DNA of 64,000 bases from Octopus vulgaris (taxonomy: Eukaryota): the NCBI GenBank assembly GCA_951406725.2, contig OX597822.1, positions 53,258,001 to 53,322,000 on the forward strand. Reading direction: 5' to 3'. A program made the position numbers and the translations under genes. This document shows, piece after piece, positions 58,889 through 64,000 of this stretch. Every line of letters starts with the position of its first letter. Position 1 is the first letter of the stretch. The notes beneath the pieces are model-generated. The model searched no databases and was not told the DNA's origin. It saw only the letters and a program-made list of their open reading frames with translations.

Positions 58889-59053
58889 CACCTGACCAGT
58901 TTCGCATTAGATTTTCAAACGTATATATTATATAGAGTTGTTGCGGATTATTTTTCTTCCAGTTCTTATAACAATGAGCAGAAGAGAAATAATTTGCGAC
59001 ACAGCCCCATATACTAAGGATTTGTGAAAATCTGATGCGAAACCGGTCAGGTG
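58889..59053. mobile_element. 165-bp fold-back MITE with TA duplication
   Basis: TA|CACCTGACCAGTTTCGCATTAGATTTTCA ... TGAAAATCTGATGCGAAACCGGTCAGGTG|TA. Confidence 0.9.
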
Positions 59054-59090
59054 TAATCCTACATTTAAAATCTAATTAAGTTATAACTAA

Positions 59091-59440
59091 TCTCTTATAT
59101 AAAATCCGTTCTGTCTGTGTGTGTGTGTGTGTGTGGTTTCTAGGATCTCGGGCATCCTCCATCCGATTGCGCTCAAATTTGATATGTAGATACCGACGGT
59201 ATCAGGGCCTGTATAAGTCTGGAAAAAAATTACAAAAATCGATTCCAGGTGAGAACGCGATCGATAAATCCGTGGGAAATCGTTTTCTTTGGAATAGAAA
59301 AAAGTCTTTATTTCTTCTTTTGTTGGTGTCTCAAATTTAGGTTAAATCAGTGTAAACGGACAAGTTGTTTTGAGAAAATTTGGTTTAAATGTTTGACAAC
59401 TCAGCACCGTCCATTGGACAGGGTGGGAGCGTTTTGCTCG
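59091..59440 (+). mobile_element. Non-autonomous Helitron
   Basis: A|TCTCTTATATAAAA start with a (TG)n tract; 3' hairpin CACCGTCC-att-GGACAGGGTG and CTCG|T (CTAG-like) end. Confidence 0.7.
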
Positions 59441-59529
59441 TTCTAACATACTCTCTGACCATTTTCATCTTTATTTCTTGTACATACATGTAGACAGCCA
59501 GGCAGACAGACAGACAGATAGATCGATCA

Positions 59530-59621
<92 letters not shown>

Positions 59622-61034
59622 GTATTGTGTTTGTTGAATACTTAGAAGCTTCAACTTCACTTCTGGTTAACGTGCCAAATATATGCCATCTAAGCCCGTA
59701 TGCATTTTCAATGTAAATTAACCTGTTGGGTCTAATATATACCTGAATTGAGTACTTATTTGTTGATCCTATGAACAAGCACACATTACGCTATGTGTGA
59801 GGGTGGGTCTGTGTGTGTGTGTGTGTGTTTGTGTTTGTGTCTGTTTGTGTCTGTGTCCTTGCTATATTACAAAGAAGAAAATATAACTCAAAAACATGCG
59901 TGTATATACATATATAGGTGATGCGTGTGGAACTGAAACCAAAGCCACGGAATTAGGAAGCGAATTTCTTAACCACACACCCATACCTAAGAATATATTC
60001 TGTATATATTCTGAATATATTAAGCAGTCCCTCGAGATTATATCTTCCCCACGATGCCTCTCTACTTGTTTTAGGTACTTTTAAGCTCAATGGTTTATGT
60101 AATTAACTTATATCAAACTATACGCTACATAGAACCATTTAACGTTTCAAATAGATTGGTATCAACAAGTTGTAACATCCACCTATGTGACGTTATAGAT
60201 AAGAATTATTCTCTTCCATACGTCATCAACAAAATGTGGTATTGTGAGACTATTCCATCGTACTAATACATTATGTGGTATGGACGATTCGCTGAAAAGT
60301 GATGCCAGTTGATCGATGGTACACTGAGAGCTTGTAGCTGATATCACTTTATTTAGTATAAAGTATTACGTTCGTCCTTTTACTAAGGACAATAACCGCC
60401 AAGTTGATATGACGTAGTGTCAACTTCACATTGAAATTGCGTTGCGAAGTCAACATACTAAGTCCTGATATCTTGATCTCTGCCGTTTGCCGAAGGCATG
60501 TGAAGGCACATGACCTAGTGATTAGGACAGAAGGCTCAAGATCATAGATCGTGTGTTTGATTCCTGAACTGGGAAGTACAGTGTCTTTGAACATGATATT
60601 TCTCTTCTTAACCTTCCAGTCTACTGAGCTAAAAATGAGTACTAAGGAATTGCTGTTGTAGCCCTCACCCTCACTATATCTCTTTCTCTCTGTATCCCTT
60701 CATACCTTTCTGTCCCTCTCTCTACCTCTGTCTCACTCCATCTCTCTCTACCCACCTCTCTTTCCAGCTGTCACACCCTCTATGTCGTAATAGGACAAGG
60801 ATAGAAGGGAAAAGACGTCTACGCGAAACTATGGTACGCGCTACTACGTTATAGACACTTGCAAGCGGTGGTTGTGTTTTTATTAATAGATTTATTACTA
60901 TTTGCTGATAGGCTGCCTCTTTCTTTGATGCAAATCTAAAAATGTGAAACAAGAGGTATAAATCAATCAAATTTACCTGAATACATGATTGATAGTGCTA
61001 TTTATTTATCTCGTTGACTTCCAGAGGGATTTAA

Positions 61035-61435
61035 GAGTGGCTGTGTGGTAAGTAGCTTGCTTACCAACCACATGGTTCCGGGTTCAGTCCCACTGTGTGG
61101 CACCTTGGGTAAGTGTTTTCTACTATAGCCTTGGGCCGACCAAAGCCTTGTGAGTGGATTTGGTAGAAGGAAACTGAAATAAGCCCGTCGTATATATGTA
61201 TATATATATATGTGTATGTGTATATGTTTGTGTGTCTGTCTTTGTCCCCCCTACATCGCTTGACAACTGATGCTGGTGTGTTTACGTCCCCGTAACTTAA
61301 CGGTTTAGCAAAAGGACCGATAGAATAAGTATTAGGCTTACAAAGAATAAGTCCTGGGGTCGATTTGCTCGACTAAAGGCGGTGCTCCAGCATGGCCACA
61401 GTCACATGACTGAAACAAGTAAAAGAGTAAAAGAG
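61035..61435 (+). mobile_element. tRNA-derived SINE family B (near full length)
   Basis: TGGCTGTGTGG A-box, GGTTCAGTCCC B-box, central TA/TG tract, (GTAAAAGA)n tail; other copies near 8320-8660, 20805-20950, 25340-25650, 28180-28620, 43630-43780, 50370-50580, 53700-53815, 55000-55150 and 58165-58280. Confidence 0.9.
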
Positions 61436-61689
61436 ATTAGACTACATGTAAACATGACTAAAACATTTTGGTGATACATTCTATAGCAGTGTAGCAGAAA
61501 TTTAATATATGGTATAGTGTTTATAATACCACCTAGTAATTAGAAGGCTACTGTAGAAGTTGTAAGCAGGTGGTAGTCTATAGTCCTGGAGGATATTTTG
61601 GTGAGGGCCATGTAAGAGTTGGTGCTCTATTGAGTAGGGGATTTCCTAACGGAGATTGAGTAAAGTTGGTTGGCTGAAACGCTGAGGTA

Positions 61690-62299
61690 TTCTGGTGATA
61701 GTGATGGCGATTATGACGATTGATACTGTTGCTGTAGTCGCTGATGCTACTGCTGCTTCTGCAGGTGATGATGTTGATGACAGAGATGACGACGATGACA
61801 ACGATAATGGTGGTGGCCGCGGCGGCGGTGGTGGTCGTCGTCGTCGTAGTGATGATGATGATGATGATGATGACGATGGGGAGGAAAAGGAGGATGACAA
61901 TGTTGATGATGATGATCAACATCGTTAACATTGTGGTGTTGGTGTTGGTGGTGGTGGTGATGGTGGAAGAGGATAATGATGATGGTAGTAGTGGGTGCCG
62001 GTGATAATGATGGTGATGATAATGATGATGGCGAGTAGGGGTTTTGATGGTGGTGGTGGTGGCGGTGGTGGTGGTGGCGGTGGTGGTGGTGGCGGTGGTG
62101 GTTGTGGTGATGGTGGTGGTTTTCATCGTAGTTATCGTCGTATCATATAGATCGCTGCAGAACCAATATAGATAATGTTAACACTGGAGATAGTGATGAT
62201 GATAACAGTGGAAATAGTAATAGTAGTATGGTGAGACTGATTGTAGTGCAGGGTGTGGTGTTGGTGTCACTATAGTTATTGACGGTCGTAGCGGTGGCG

Positions 62300-62346
<47 letters not shown>

Positions 62347-62367
62347 GGTAGTAGTAGCAGCAACAAC

Positions 62368-62406
<39 letters not shown>

Positions 62407-62426
62407 GGTAGTAGTAGCAGCAGCAG

Positions 62427-62465
<39 letters not shown>

Positions 62466-62472
62466 CAGAAGC

Positions 62473-62504
<32 letters not shown>

Positions 62505-62541
62505 CAGTAGCAGCAGCTGCATTAGTAGTGGTAGTAGCAGC

Positions 62542-62590
<49 letters not shown>

Positions 62591-62845
62591 TTGATGGTGG
62601 TGGTGATGGTGGTTGCAGTGGCGCTGGACGTAGTGGTGTTGATCATAGTTTGTTATTAGTGGTCATACTATTATAGGATGTGGTAGTCGTGGTAGCTGTA
62701 GTGGAGGTGGTAGTTGCAGCAGTAGTAGTGGTGACGGTTGTAATGGTAGTAGTCGCGGTGATCGGATTGGTAGCAGTGGTGATGCCGGTCTTTCTTTCTC
62801 TCTAATAAGTATTATATTACTAATGGTGGCACTTGTGATGATTAC

Positions 62846-62925
<80 letters not shown>

Positions 62926-62937
62926 CAGTAGTAGTAG

Positions 62938-62972
<35 letters not shown>

Positions 62973-63328
62973 CGGGAAATTACTGTATTCGCTATTCTTT
63001 GGAGAGGTACACGTGAGTATATGATAATATTACAAGATGGTTTATCTTCCTTGATGGTCATTCAGACGATGATAACGATGGTAATGATGATGATGATGGT
63101 GGAGTTGGTTACGATAATAATCACATGTATTGATTTGAGGAGGAGGAGGAGGAGGAGAGGAAGAAGAGGAGAACGACGAGGAAAGTGGTGATTCCCTTCA
63201 GCTTCATTTTAATATTCCACTATTTTCAACAAAATTTTTCTTTCGCATTCATCACTTCTTCCGTCTGTACATTTTTTATTCTCTTAATTCGTCTGCTTCT
63301 AGTAGTATGCAACAAGACGGTCAGAGAT

Positions 63329-63404
<76 letters not shown>

Positions 63405-63405
63405 A
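61690..63405. repeat. Field of trinucleotide microsatellites (GTA, GTG, GAT, GTT)
   Basis: Directly visible; source of the poly-T/V/L ORFs. Confidence 0.95.
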
Positions 63406-63671
63406 AAATCTAATAATACTTATGTTTATAATAGCGACCCCTTTTAATAATGATAACAATAACAATAACAATAATGGTTTTAAATTTTGGCGCATTCTCA
63501 GAAAATTTCGGGGGGAAGGAGAAAGTTCTAGTACATCGACTCTAGTGCTCAACTGGTACTTATTTTATCGACCCCGAAAGAATGAAAGGTAAAATCGACC
63601 TCGGCAGAATTTGAACTCGGAACATAGATACGGACGAAATGCCGCTAAGCATATAACCTAGTCTAGTGCAG

Positions 63672-63789
63672 TTCCAGAAAACAGTATCATTATTTGGGAC
63701 ATCTAGGATACTTAGGAAGGTTCTTGACATCTAAGATCACTTGTTATAAGCCGATGTTAAGAATTTTTTCATATGTTGTGCGTATATGA

Positions 63790-63790
<1 letters not shown>
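63672..63790 (+). mobile_element. R4/Dong-like LINE extreme 3' end with (TAA)n tail
   Basis: FQKTVSLFGTSRILRKVLDI*, then a short UTR and TAA repeats. Confidence 0.75.
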
Positions 63791-63825
<35 letters not shown>

Positions 63826-63827
<2 letters not shown>

Positions 63828-64000
63828 GTGTTATCATGTACATTGTTTTGTCTTGGTATAAAAGATGTTCTACAGTAAACATTCTGCTCAATACAGATTT
63901 GCTTGTCAGTTGTTTGACCTTAACCAGTTGACCATATCCCTTAGAAGCTGACGATATGTGCATCTCTGACCACGAGCATCATAGCCGTGTGTTGAAAGGA
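63826..64000. mobile_element. (TAA)n-embedded repeat, copy 3 (inverted, partial)
   Basis: Reverse complement of about 1443-1639, with an internal deletion. Confidence 0.85.

Overview
Repeat-dominated, AT-rich eukaryotic DNA. The SINE families and microsatellite load suggest an octopus/cephalopod genome, which is inferred and not verified. No intact host protein-coding gene is recognisable, and most listed ORFs are microsatellite artefacts. The window holds three large decayed R4/Dong-type (REL-endonuclease) LINEs plus short 3' ends, Tx1/L1 and RTE fragments, two mariner copies, Tc1 elements, hATm- and piggyBac-like relics, three non-autonomous Helitrons, MITEs, many tRNA-derived SINEs and a 4 x ~930-bp tandem array. 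The notable hidden signal is a set of small non-coding elements, nearly all embedded in (TA)n tracts and often fold-back or directly repeated, that carry type I hammerhead ribozyme (HHR) folds. There are eight full-length folds (canonical, variant and mutated) plus decayed and half motifs. One of them is a 399-bp retrozyme-like unit whose end coincides within 1 nt with its predicted self-cleavage site. This points to a diverse Penelope-like/retrozyme system with several catalytic-core variants.
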